Program-made: the position numbers and the translations under genes
Part shown: piece by piece, positions 49,111 through 60,664 of the stretch
How the letters are laid out: the number at the start of each line of letters is the position of its first letter
Position numbering within the stretch: the stretch's first letter is position 1
Source of the DNA: Octopus bimaculoides
Taxonomy: Eukaryota
Direction of reading: 5' to 3'
Length of the DNA stretch: 60,664 bases
NCBI RefSeq assembly: GCF_001194135.2
Contig: NC_068987.1
Coordinates: 23,978,409-24,039,072, forward strand
Notes under the pieces: generated by a model
Databases searched by the model: none
The model's input: only the letters and a program-made list of their open reading frames with translations
Told to the model about the DNA's origin: nothing

Positions 49111-49150
49111 TTACATTTTTCGTTTTCGAATATATGTTCTCTAATAAAAA
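44500..49150 (+). mobile_element. Near full-length Tx1/L1-clade LINE, inactivated
   Basis: ORF1 from 44690 with a CYKCSKKGHIKEKC zinc knuckle. ORF2 from about 45903: IACLNV, TETKL, IYAPS, GDFN, GYWKLN, KSPGLDGLPYEFY, AFDRVDH, YVLALEPL, YADDVT, C-terminal THAFVHC. AATAAA near 49143. Confidence 0.92.
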
Positions 49151-52100
49151 GCGTGAAACTCGCAGTTCAACATTCTGAGTAAACGCAAGATTTGGATTGT
49201 CCACGTTTAGCTGTTATTTNNNNNNNNNNNNNNNNNNNNNNNNNNNNNNNNNNNNNNNNNNNNNNNNNNNNNNNNNNNNNNNNNNNNNNNNNNNNNNNNN
49301 NNNNNNNNNNNNNNNNNNNNNNNNNNNNNNNNNNNNNNNNNNNNNNNNNNNNNNNNNNNNNNNNNNNNNNNNNNNNNNNNNNNNNNNNNNNNNNNNNNNN
49401 NNNNNNNNNNNNNNNNNNNNNNNNNNNNNNNNNNNNNNNNNNNNNNNNNNNNNNNNNNNNNNNNNNNNNNNNNNNNNNNNNNNNNNNNNNNNNNNNNNNN
49501 NNNNNNNNNNNNNNNNNNNNNNNNNNNNNNNNNNNNNNNNNNNNNNNNNNNNNNNNNNNNNNNNNNNNNNNNNNNNNNNNNNNNNNNNNNNNNNNNNNNN
49601 NNNNNNNNNNNNNNNNNNNNNNNNNNNNNNNNNNNNNNNNNNNNNNNNNNNNNNNNNNNNNNNNNNNNNNNNNNNNNNNNNNNNNNNNNNNNNNNNNNNN
49701 NNNNNNNNNNNNNNNNNNNNNNNNNNNNNNNNNNNNNNNNNNNNNNNNNNNNNNNNNNNNNNNNNNNNNNNNNNNNNNNNNNNNNNNNNNNNNNNNNNNN
49801 NNNNNNNNNNNNNNNNNNNNNNNNNNNNNNNNNNNNNNNNNNNNNNNNNNNNNNNNNNNNNNNNNNNNNNNNNNNNNNNNNNNNNNNNNNNNNNNNNNNN
49901 NNNNNNNNNNNNNNNNNNNNNNNNNNNNNNNNNNNNNNNNNNNNNNNNNNNNNNNNNNNNNNNNNNNNNNNNNNNNNNNNNNNNNNNNNNNNNNNNNNNN
50001 TTTTTTTTTTGGCTAAAACGATAAAAAACTGAAAAAGCGCCGTCAAAAAGGAGAAATTCTAACTTGGTGCTGACTGAGTCCGACGTCCACGCCGCCAATA
50101 ATAGATGGATAACGAACGCGAATATTTATATTATTAGGCACTTAAACGAAAAAGCGCCTATTGATTTTCAAAATAATAAAAGTAATGTGTATTCAATATT
50201 GAAAGCAGTGGCAAGGTCAAAGCTTATAAAACTGTAGCCATTAGCAACTTCCTGCCACAATGATGAAGGATTTCTACCCTTACTCAAGTGAAATCAAGTA
50301 ATGAAAAATAACCTTCTGGCAGAATGAAATGGTGTGTGTGTTGTGGGAGAAGTCTATGTGGTAGAACTGAAAAAACTGACTCAATATCAGAAAGATGTTG
50401 CGAAAGAGAAGACGAATAACTGTAGCAATGAACAAAGATTCTGATTGATGAAACGAGGAGGCAAGCTTAGGAAAATTTAGAATGAAATGGGTAGATTGTC
50501 TGTGAAGTGAGATTCACAGGCGGAAAACAAATCAGAGATTACACCATCATTTTATGTTAACAAGAAAAAAATACGTGAAACAGCTTTGTCACGAACTACT
50601 GGAAGTCCTTTCATGCGTTTATATCTAACTATAAGTGTCTTTTTCTGTACTTCCATTATGTACTTTCGTTTTACTAGTCCCAGATTTCAAGATCAATATA
50701 ATTTTAATATACATGATGTTGATGGGATACGTGTGATGAATATTCAAAATATTCATCACACGTATATTTCAATCCGTAAGACAAAAAATAATGGGTGCTA
50801 AATAGATTCGTAAAATTGAATGAATAATGAAGTGACTGAGGATTTCAAATTGTATTTAGCCTGCTTCTAACAGAGATGCTTTTTATAATCTTTACTGAGA
50901 GCCATACATCATCATCTTCAACAATTAATAAATGGACAACAGATCAACTTACCGATTTTCTATATCTTATTCACTTCTCCCTGAAATAATATTGAGAGAT
51001 TTGCGAAAAACTCAATGATCAGCCATCGTGTTGGACAACTGCACTGGCAATGTTGAATGGACCTAGCAATAATACAGACCCAACTAATCGAACAGCAGCC
51101 TCGCTTCCGTAAAATGGTTTCTTTCAAAAATTGAATACGTCAGCAATTAAATGTATTGCGTGTACAATAAAGATGGATATATTAATAATACTTGCATAGT
51201 AATGTAGTTCAACATCAAATGTAGAACCCTCACGTGATTTATATCTAAAAGTTAAACAGAATATTGAAAGCTCAAACAATATCTCCGACTCTTGTGGAAA
51301 ACATTTTCTTCTCCAAACAAGTCTTCACGCCAAACATTGCCAATGATTTTTCGATTTATTTCAACTCTGGTTAAAAATGAAGCCAGACTCATTAACGGGT
51401 TGTACAGAAAATCTAGGAGTAAAAAGAGTCTATTTTGGAAGAGTTAACATCTATTAGGGGAAGTAACTGTGTCTTTAGCGTGTATTGTTGCTTGGTTCCA
51501 AGGGAACGTATTTCCTGCAGACCTGTGCTCCAAAGCGTTCTAGTTATGACCATCCCGTCTTTTATTCCGACATTATATCTCGAAGAATACTTTTCCAAAG
51601 ATGGAGGATGTGATCTGTGGGAAATTTAGCAGACTAAAGTATCTTCGATAATAGGACATAATTTAGAAATGACAGGTTGTTGATAAAAGAGCTTGAGAAA
51701 GAATATCATTTTACCTTAAAAAAACACGCGTTGGGGGGGGGGCTTCCAACAATTTTTCATCAAAATTTTCTTCGTAAATATTCAAATACTCATCCTAAAT
51801 GGTACCTTTTTTCGCATTTCGTGCATAGCGAAGGGATTGCAACGCTTACAAACAACAGTACAATACTGAGCAGCTGGTTAGAAAGAAATGTGTGTGATGG
51901 GGTTATCACTCTTGTAGTTTCCTACAAACCAAATGTATGAACTTTATTTTGTGTGGGTTCATCAAGGGAAAAGAGTATGTGCCCATAAACTTTAGAAGCT
52001 CTCACAAACTGGTGAGAACGATGCGGTTAATGTTCAGGTTAAATGCCTGCAGAGCAATGTCGCACAAAAAAAACGCGTGATGATGGAAAATAACAAATGG

Positions 52101-55100
52101 TTGCGAGTTTAACGAGGAAAAATAAAGCGAAGACCTAGTAGAAAAAACAGAAAGAGTAACCTTGTTAGTTCGGAAAAACATAGATTGTTGTAGACCAGCA
52201 AATTCTTAGAGATTTAGAAAATTGTTGAGTTGGAAAGAAACATTTTTTGATAAAATCTTATTTTTTCCTGTTTCAAAGCAGGGAAGGGAAGACTTTATAT
52301 GCTAATCATCACAGTATTGATAATTGTATCATCGATTAGATTCTAAGTTTGAAGGTGCTGAGGTGGAGGATGCGGCCTGGCTAAGAAAAGCAGACGACTT
52401 CAACCACATCAATGTCGCTGAACTAGACGCGAGCCTGGAATAAAACCGCGTTTCTTGAAGCAGTACATAGCATGCTTCCAATTTCTACAAGCTGTAAAAC
52501 CTGCTGCCAAACGACTGCACGCATTTCTATTGGAGGCTGCACCACTTTATCTGGATCCAGGATGATTTCTCCTCTGCCGAGTAATCGGTTCGTTGGCACA
52601 AATTTTGGTTTTCATATTTGCTTAATACATTTTTTTTTACCCCTATTGGACTTGTTTTTTGTTTGTGTTGGTGGTCAGGTGTTACACTTAATATTAACCA
52701 GAGAGATATCATGACACTATTGAAGGGCACTGAGTGCCCAAAGGAAAAGAGGAAGGCTCGTGTCAGTCGGGTTCCCTATAAGCCTTTGAAGACTTCCGTT
52801 AGGGGCCGTTGTGTTTTGTGCATGCATTGTGGCTGTCTATTTCATCCCTTCCGGGCAGTTTGTGCTTGACTCCGAGATAATCCAGGCAGGCACGACGGAT
52901 ACACTACAGTTTTTTTTTCCCAGTATTAGGTTTACCTTGCAAAAGATAGATTTGCTTTTTCTTTTTCATTAATAAAGATTTGTATTTTTCCTTGCTGACC
53001 TAGTTATAAGTAAATGATTTACTCAGCTTGTTTACTGCTGTTTAGTGTTAAAATTTAAAAAGTAGAAAGTTTATTTGATATATTTTGTAGGGTTCAGCAT
53101 AGAGGAACACTGGAGTAATAATCCCTTATTTCACATTCAGTAATTATGCCTTAGTGTTTTGTTAGACAAAGGACGAAGGAGGTGTCTTTTCAGGCTGAGT
53201 TTTGTGTATCAAGTGTCTTAGTCCAACTCTGCTCATGATATCCATGCTCACTTCTCAAGACAAAATATTTGACCCTATGATATTCTATGACTTTTCATAA
53301 ATTAAATAGTGAAGGTTTCATCACAATGATTTCGTTTCCTTTACTCTGACAGAAAACCAACTTTACACGAGGTGGAAATTTGCTTTGCACTTGAGTACTG
53401 GTCTCCAAAGCAGTACTGCCACTACACATACTTTCATTCCACTGCATCCAGAAACATTGATCACAGCAGTCTGATGAACTACCATTGTTCACTAATCTGG
53501 GATGGCATTCAGTGGTTAAATACATTGTCTGATCCCTTAAATTTAATGACACTATTTTGCTATCACTCTTTCTTTGGATTAACATTAACTATGTTAACCT
53601 TGGAAGCTTTTCATCTTGGAAAATTATTTCAAAAAACGGGATGACAAAGGTAATTCCCCTGACAGTTTATTGTCAAAGCTTCCGAATTTTATTTCTCCCG
53701 TTTCTTTACCACTCAGCTACATAGTCTGTTAATAACAAGTAGATATAAGATCGAATTAAATAAAGATAAACTGTAATTCAACAGCAAAAGCACATTGGGT
53801 TTGCTTTACTGGCATTTTATTTTTAGCGCAGTCTGCTGAAGCTACTATTATTGTCTACAGTGACAGCGCGACCAACTAAAGATATTTAACATTTTCTTTT
53901 ACTCAAGGTTTACATTGTTTTGTAAGCATTATTAATATATTTATCTATATTGTTCACAGGGTTTTGTTTACATTTATTTACCCTTTGCGTTGAATAACTT
54001 AGAAATTAAAAAAAAAAGACCGATGTTTTACGAAAGCACGGCTGCTGCCTTACCACGCAAATCAGTAATGTCGCTTTGTTTTGTCAGCGAACTTCTCTGA
54101 TTGACGTTAAGGTTGTCAAGTCAATATCTTCATTGCCAGTATCTGTCAATACTACAGAATTTGGCGGAGAAAGGCATTACAAAACGGTATGTTAATATGT
54201 TGTTAGTCCCTAATAATTGAAGATGTTTTGAGATTTTCCTTTAAAAATGTTTATGCTTCAACCTATCTTTTTGTGATGCAGCCCTTTGTTATTTGAGATT
54301 CCGTCTGTCATCGCGAGAAAACATGCTGTTTACTATCTTGAAGAAAACATTCCATCAACCACTAATTCATTAAATTCTACAAAACTGTCAAACAATTTTT
54401 ATTTATAAAGCTAAGATTTATGGTTTACATTATTTCAGTTAGTAAAAAAGGGCCGGCATGTTTCTTAATTTTTTGGTATGACACTAGATGCACCTTCGTG
54501 ACCTCTAGATACATTCAACGTAAGCCTACGAAATGTTCCCCGATTAGCTAAGACACTTCCTATTTAGAACCTCTGTTCTTAAGTTCTGGTTGGTTTGTAG
54601 GTTTCTCCCGGGAAAAGGTTAATATTTGAAATAAATACTAACTTTTAAATTACAGATTTAAAGTTTGTTTTACACAACCTAAAAGAGACACATTATACAT
54701 TTGAATGATTGAAAACTAAATTATTTTATGTAAAAAAAAAAATTAAAAAAAAGTTTTTTCGTTTCCATAGTGGAAACGAAAATTTACGTGTGTAAATTTA
54801 AGAGATTTGTACCTGCTCATAAAGAGAGGTTAAGACAATAACATTTCCACTTTGCTTCATTGCAAATTTTTGGTTAAGAAGGAATATCTGCTGTCAATAT
54901 AGCATCAATTTAATGTTTAAAGTAACACTACAGAACAGAATTGGGCATTCTTTCGATACTGACAGAATTGAAAGCATTTTCCTTTCTCATGCTATTATTA
55001 CAATAATGAATGAATGATCGCTGCAAAAACAGTTGTATCTTTCTTTTATACTTTTCATTACAATCTTTAATTTTCGATAAAATTTTTAAAATGCTTCTTT

Positions 55101-55127
55101 ATATAAACCCATTTCAAGAATGTATCA

Positions 55128-55153
55128 AGCGGGCCTCAGTTTGGCCAGCCCTG
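55128..55153 (-). mobile_element. Isolated hAT-type terminal inverted repeat
   Basis: Reverse complement cagggctggccaaactgaggcccgc resembles CAGGGGTGGGCAAACT..GGCCCGC termini. Confidence 0.45.
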
Positions 55154-55289
55154 GTTTAGCCTTAGATCCTGATGTGATTGTTAAATTTGACGTCCAGTTT
55201 AAATATACGAGGTTAACGTCTGTAAGGGTAACAACAACAAAAACGGCTGGGGAGGGAATTTCAGTCAGTTAACATTCTGTGGAGAAATG

Positions 55290-55520
55290 ACTAGATATAG
55301 TAGTTTGTGTGGGTCTGAAGGAGGGAAGATAATATGGTTGATGAGAAGAGGAAAGACGGGTGTTCCTCAGTAGCCTTGGGAAGAGGTGGTATGCAACTAG
55401 TTCTGAAAAGCAGAAACTGTTGTAGTAGCTGTAGAATAATTAGAGTGAGGAGCAGTGCATATGTGGGCCATGGTTTGTACAGTATTGCTAGGGTATAGTT
55501 TCCGCTGAAAATATTGGAGC
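55290..55520 (-). mobile_element. CR1-group LINE 3' remnant
   Basis: VQTMAH...FYSYYNSFCFSELVA; the same motif as at 8270-8350. Confidence 0.55.
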
Positions 55521-55577
55521 ATTGAAGGAACACCTAGAAAATTACAAAAGGCAGAACATATAGCACAAAATGACAAC

Positions 55578-56213
55578 CTGGCATGGGTTGGACAGTTTGG
55601 CAGGATCTGATGAGTCAAAGGATTGCAATGAGCTCCAGTGCTTTAGTATGGTTTTTACAGCTGGATGCCCTTCCTAATGCCAGTTACTTTACAGATTATA
55701 CAGAGGATTTTTTTTGAGGCACCTATTTTCCTTTACCTTCCCCCTCCCAAATTGAGATTGACCATACCTCCATCCATGTTCACAATTCTCTACCTTCACT
55801 TCTTTACCCATTTCTATCTCACTCCTGCAAACCTATCCATCCTTGATTCTCTATCCCTATTCTATTATACTCACCTTTTTCACCTTGAGGGTATGCCTTA
55901 ACATCTCATCTCCAGTATCCTTTCTCCCTTTTCAGCAATTGTAGCCATATATTTCATCTACAAGACACCTGTTCTTTTCCATTTATTATACTTTAGCCAC
56001 TCAACACCTAGCACAAATCAAAGATCTTCTCTTGTGGGTTAGTTCTCACTAGTGTCCTCTAGTACTGGTGCCTCAAAAATAAAAACCCTGTATACTCTGT
56101 AAAGTAACTGGCATTAGGAAGGGCATCCAGCTGTAAGAACCATACTAAAGCACTGGAGCTCATTGCAATCCTCTGACTCATCAAATCATGCCAAACTGTC
56201 CAACCCATGCCAG
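55578..56213. repeat. Inverted pair of (GAT)n-family copies, arms 55578-55723 and 56067-56213
   Basis: The core 118 bp (55578-55695 versus 56096-56213) differ at only 4 positions. Confidence 0.9.
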
Positions 56214-56600
56214 TATGGAATATGGATATTAAATGATGATATGGTGATCATAACTGAAGAGGTTATGTGCTCAGTATATGTAATGATTCCTTCAGTTACC
56301 TCATCTTCTAGTGTTATTCCTTTTCTATAATCTTGACTGTTCTACAAAAGTTGGTGACCAATCCATCCTTGGTTACTTATTGAAAAGTAATATAATATGG
56401 GTTTTAAGGCTATTTCAAAACCCCTACCTGTTCTCATAATTCAATTCCACTACAAATTTCATACCATTGTGTCTTTCATATGTAAATACTTCATGTTTCT
56501 CTAATGCTGTTTAAATTTTCCGGTCAAGCCTCTTCTTTTTTTTTCTGACATGTTTGTTTTGACATTTCTATCTCCTTTAATAGTCATGCTGTTATAACTC

Positions 56601-56620
56601 TCTCTTTATTTCAGGGTATC
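56601..56620 (+). other. Splice-acceptor-like site of the second zinc-finger exon (AG at 56613-56614)
   Basis: tctctttatttcag|ggtatc, shared with paralogues. Confidence 0.55.
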
Positions 56621-57222
56621 TGTTGACATTGAGAGAGGATGTTTTGCACTTTTGCTTTATTAACAAATGGATGTGATTTTGAAAACCACAGACTGATATT
56701 GTCAAGAATATATTTGATTGCTTATGGCGTCAACAAAATTGCAGCAAAATAAAAAAAATTAAAAAACCATTGGAAATATATTTGTCAGTATTTTGAGAAA
56801 TCTAACATGCATTTTTATCTGACTCATATGCAGTGTCTTTCCTATCTGGATATACATTAAAAAGTAGTTGCAAAATTGAACTCTGGTAAAATTAACTCTG
56901 CCCAAAGTATTTATGACCACTGAAGTATCCACAGATGTCACAAAATGCCACTTAAGAAATGGTATTTATTGAGGAATTTTGGAGAAGTTTAACTTTTCTG
57001 AACTCTATAAAATAAAGATAAGGTTTATTTCTATGTTTTATGAACATGAGAAGAAATTATTGTTGAGAGAGTGTATGAGAATCAGTTTTATTGCAGATCA
57101 CAATCTCTAATAATTTATCTCCTCAGACACAAGAAAATACAAAGAGTACATAGAAATACTGTGACAGTCACCCCAAATAGTTATTCCATTGTGTATGATT
57201 TACTTCTGAAACCTTTGTTAAA

Positions 57223-57972
57223 ATGTCTTCTATGAGAAAATATTTATCACATCCTAAACATATACATACAGGTGAAAGACTGCACCATTGTGATACGTGT
57301 CAAAAGATATTCCTTAGAAAGTATGACTTGACTTGTCATAAACGTGTTCATACTGGTGAAAAACCATATTCTTGTGATATCTGCAACAAAACATTTTCTC
57401 AGAAGGCTAATTTAACTTATCATAAATATGTTCACACAGGAGAGAAACCATACCACTGTGATATCTGTGGTAAAACATTCTCTGTGAGTAATAAATTAAA
57501 GAGACACATACGTATTCACACAGAAGAGAAGCTATATCACTGTGATATCTGTGGTAAATCATTTTCTCAGAATGGTCATTTAACTCGTCACATACAGATA
57601 CACACAGGAGAAAAACCATTCCATTGTGATTTGTGTGGAGAAACTTTTTCACAGAGTGTTCATTTGACTACACATAAACGTATTCACACTGGAGAGAAAC
57701 CATACCACTGTGATATATGTGATAAAACTTTCTCTCGGAATAATATTTTAATTAATCATAAACGAATCCACACTGGAGAGAAACCATACCACTGTGATAT
57801 CTGTGGCAAAACATTCACTCAATATAGTCATTTAACTGACCACAACCGAATCCATACAGGTGAGAAACCTTACAATTGTGATATCTGTGGAAAGCCATTT
57901 TCCCGAAATAGTAGTTTAACAAGTCACAAGAAGATACACAATAAACAAACAGTGAAAAGTGAAAGTTGTTGA
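57223..57972 (+). CDS. C2H2 zinc-finger protein, 249 aa, 8 canonical fingers (true start uncertain)
   Basis: Eight CxxC-x12-HxxxH units with TGEKP linkers. A decayed leader and first finger lie upstream in the same frame. Confidence 0.88.
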   Translation: MSSMRKYLSHPKHIHTGERLHHCDTCQKIFLRKYDLTCHKRVHTGEKPYSCDICNKTFSQKANLTYHKYVHTGEKPYHCDICGKTFSVSNKLKRHIRIHTEEKLYHCDICGKSFSQNGHLTRHIQIHTGEKPFHCDLCGETFSQSVHLTTHKRIHTGEKPYHCDICDKTFSRNNILINHKRIHTGEKPYHCDICGKTFTQYSHLTDHNRIHTGEKPYNCDICGKPFSRNSSLTSHKKIHNKQTVKSESC

Positions 57973-58569
57973 AAGAGATTGTCACAATAGAATATTGGAT
58001 GGTTCCCAAGGAAGACATGTTAAGCTAAAGTTTCCAGTAACATACTGAAAAATGTATTTAGACAGCTTTTATAATGTAATGTGGAAAATACATTTAGCTT
58101 AATTATTTAGAATTATGATTACATGATAAAGCTATTTACATCTGATCTTCCTGCAATGATTAGCACGTCTACCCAGATATTTATTATCTAACATATCTAA
58201 GTGTCAAGGTTGACTCTGGCAAGTCATCATTTTGTTACATATTGTAATGGTAAACAATAACATTATTAGACCAAGCACTGTGGCAAAAGATATATATTCA
58301 TTTTTACATGTTTTTCACATTTGTTTTTCCATGCTAGGTTACATAAATATATTATCACGGTACTGTTGTTTGGGTAAGGGATCTTTTTCCACAATTTCTT
58401 CAGAGGTGCAAAACAAGCAAATAATTTATTAGCAGTAGAAATGACAACCATGTCACTGCTCAACAATTTTCAGAGACATGCAAGTATAGACAAATGAACA
58501 CACATTTTGTGTGTATGTGTGCATATATATATATGTGTATATATATATATAAATATATATATTATCTGA

Positions 58570-58682
58570 CAGGCTTCTTTCTGTTTCTGTTCATCAAATC
58601 CACTCGTAAAGCTTCATTCAACCCAGGGCAATAGTAGAAAACACTTGCCCAAGGTGCCATGCAGAAGGACTGAACCTGAAAC
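58570..58682 (-). mobile_element. tRNA-derived SINE family B fragment
   Basis: ggcttctttc.gtttc...caaatccactc..aaagctt...gcaatagtagaa.acacttgcccaaggtgccatgcag..ggactgaacc. Confidence 0.65.
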
Positions 58683-58823
58683 AGGCCAGAGGGACAGATT
58701 TATTTATTATCAAGAACATATTTGTGCAAATGCACCTCCAATGGTCAACATATTACATTATTAAATATCACAGAATATATATAAATATATTATATTTCAT
58801 ATATAAATATATATATATATATA

Positions 58824-59157
58824 TCATCATCGTTTAACGTCTGCTTTCCATGCTAGCATGGGTTGGACGATTTGACTGAGGACTGGTGAACCGGATGGCT
58901 GCACCAGGCTCCAATCTGATCTGGCAGAGTTTCTACAGCTGGATGCCCTTCCTAATGCCAACCATTCCGAGAGTGTAGTGGGTGCTTTTATGTGCCACCG
59001 GCACGAGGGCCAGTCACACGGTACTGGCAACGGCCACACTCAAAGTGGTGGTTTTTTACATGCCACCTGCACAGGGGCCAGTCCAACAGCACTGGCAATG
59101 ACCTCGCTCGAATGATTTCCTAACGTGCCACCAACACAAATGCCAGTAAGGCGACGC
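58824..59157 (-). mobile_element. (GAT)n-tailed retroposon with internal subrepeats of about 55 bp
   Basis: Near-identical to 27440-27678 and continues into gtgccacc.gcac...gccagt...ctggcaa subrepeats. Confidence 0.8.
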
Positions 59158-59229
59158 TATATATATATATGTATGAATGTACATATATATATATATATAT
59201 ATGTATGTATATATATGTTTATATATATA

Positions 59230-59385
59230 TAAACACTACACACATTTTTTTTCTGTGTTCCTTTCTGTGGAAGAGCGTAGGCTCAAAACGTTAAAGACTT
59301 TTTCAATTCCCGAGCGTTATACTAATACATCTATTTGTTTTCTACACCACCTGTCTTCGTCTGTTGTTTTTTTGTGAATTCTCCC
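59230..59385 (+). mobile_element. Penelope-type terminal repeat fragment carrying a minimal type I hammerhead-like motif (59261-59296)
   Basis: cttt-CTGTGGA-a-GAGC-gtag-GCTC-AAAA-CGT-T-aaag shows stem I, stem II and a palindromic stem III in the PLE hammerhead order, with two core deviations. Confidence 0.55.
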
Positions 59386-59421
59386 TATATATGTTTATAT
59401 ATATATATATATGTATATATA

Positions 59422-59458
<37 letters not shown>

Positions 59459-59700
59459 GTCTGTTTCCCATGCTGGCATGGGTTGGACAGTTTGACATGA
59501 GCTGGAGAGCTGCACCAAGCTCCAATCGTCTGCTTTAGCATGGTTTCTATGGCTGGAATCCTTTCCTAATCCCAACCACTTTGCAGAGTGGACTAGGTGC
59601 TTTTAATATGGTGCCAGCATGGATGCCTTTTATCTGATGCCAGCATAGGAGGTTTTTTATGTACCACCAGCATGGGTGCTTTTTAGGTGACACCTGCGAG
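59459..59700 (-). mobile_element. Diverged (GAT)n-family copy
   Basis: gtttcccatgctggcatgggttggacagtttga...ctggaatcctttcctaatcccaaccac. Confidence 0.65.
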
Positions 59701-59929
59701 ATTGTCAAGTAGCTTGCAAGATGATGACATCACAGCTGAGAGAAGTGGCTGTGTGCCAGATAAGAGGTTGGAGTATCATATAGATAGGGACAGCTATCTT
59801 GCTTGACTTCCCCAGTAGGACAAAAACGCAGAGGGAAGTAGACGAGAGAGTGAGAAAGATATTAGTGTGAGGGACGATTATTTAGAGATAGCAAGTAATG
59901 TTGAAAGGAACTTGAGGAGCTTGTGAATT

Positions 59930-60120
59930 TTGCCAGTGGACAATTTATGTGTGAAGAAAATGTGGGGTTATGGGCGTAAATGGACATACCTGGATGACCA
60001 TGATTTTACTTAGCTTGACATGTCTTCTCAAGCACAGCAAATCCCTGAAGTCTTGGTCCCTTGTCTTCTCAGTGAGGCCTAGTATCTGAAGATCCTTTCC
60101 CACTACTTCATCCCACGTCT
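59930..60120 (-). mobile_element. RTE-type LINE 3' end
   Basis: Reverse-strand KTWDEVVGKDLQILGLTEKTRDQD matches the RTE ORF2 C-terminal motif. Confidence 0.65.
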
Positions 60121-60332
60121 TCATTTATATATTATATATAAATTATTTATAGTATATATACTATATATATTTTTTAAATTACACATATATGTATAACGGA
60201 TATAATTTATATAAAAAATATATACATATATAATATATGCATGTATATCCCTGCAGAGAATTGATGTATAAAGATCAAAAATAAATCTACAGAATGTGTG
60301 TATGTATGTATGTATATATATATATATATATA

Positions 60333-60388
60333 TCATCATCATCATCGTTTAACATCTGCTTTCTATGCTAGCATGAGTTGGACGATAT
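60333..60388 (-). mobile_element. Short 3' tail of the (GAT)n family
   Basis: (cat)n-cgtttaacatctgctttctatgctagcatgagttggacga. Confidence 0.7.
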
Positions 60389-60664
60389 CGTTTTAATATT
60401 CAATAAAATTTATAAAATATTAATTCTTGTTGTGTTATATTTTTATACAATGACATTTTGAAAATGTTCTGTAGATTGTACATCTCTTGATATGGAGAAC
60501 AACAAGGTTTTCTGGTGAGAGGTTTAGGTGTAAAGCAATTTCCAAATGATGGTTTCCAGTTGTGACAGAAATATATGAATTTTTTCTTTTCTCAAACTTT
60601 CCTTCTGAACAAAGAATGAAACTTGGCATGAACGATCACCATCATCATGGTTTTAATATACACT

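Noticed and set aside
53352-53649. Plus-strand exon candidate containing a 90-aa ORF
   Set aside because: A stop falls just before the donor and the peptide is unrecognised. HCSLIWDG hints at a decayed CR1 fragment instead.
58500-60340. Ile/Tyr-rich short ORFs
   Set aside because: They are translations of (TA)n and (GT)n microsatellites.

Overview
AT-rich, gapped (8 N-runs) animal genomic DNA. It is most likely from a coleoid cephalopod such as Octopus; this is an inference from the [11 protein letters not shown]/HTGEKP finger style and the SINE families, not a database result. The window is part of a C2H2 zinc-finger gene cluster in birth-and-death turnover. There are two open finger ORFs (5638-6771, 12 finger positions; 57223-57972, 8 fingers) and four decayed paralogues (about 13.5-13.9 kb on -, 20.4-20.6 kb on -, 22.2-22.8 kb on +, 39.4-39.8 kb on +). 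Four copies share a 27-nt pre-finger leader (ExQSExSDL), a fifth keeps its downstream half, and three share a splice-acceptor-like sequence. Between the genes lie decayed transposons of many classes: Ty3/gypsy gag and pol, an LTR-like segment followed by a tandem array of tRNA-Trp primer-binding sites, a Ginger/GIN-like integrase fragment, a near full-length Tx1/L1-type LINE and a second fragment, CR1- and RTE-type LINE ends, a Penelope-like RT remnant, a Penelope-type hammerhead-like motif, mariner, Tigger/pogo, hAT and Merlin transposase remnants, MITEs and many SINEs. Notable non-coding structures are a compact E2F/YY1/NRF1/ETS promoter module, a 30-bp near-perfect hairpin, and a roughly 96%-identical inverted repeat just upstream of the second finger exon. 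I see no CRISPR array, rRNA or intact tRNA gene. All family assignments come from manual motif recognition.
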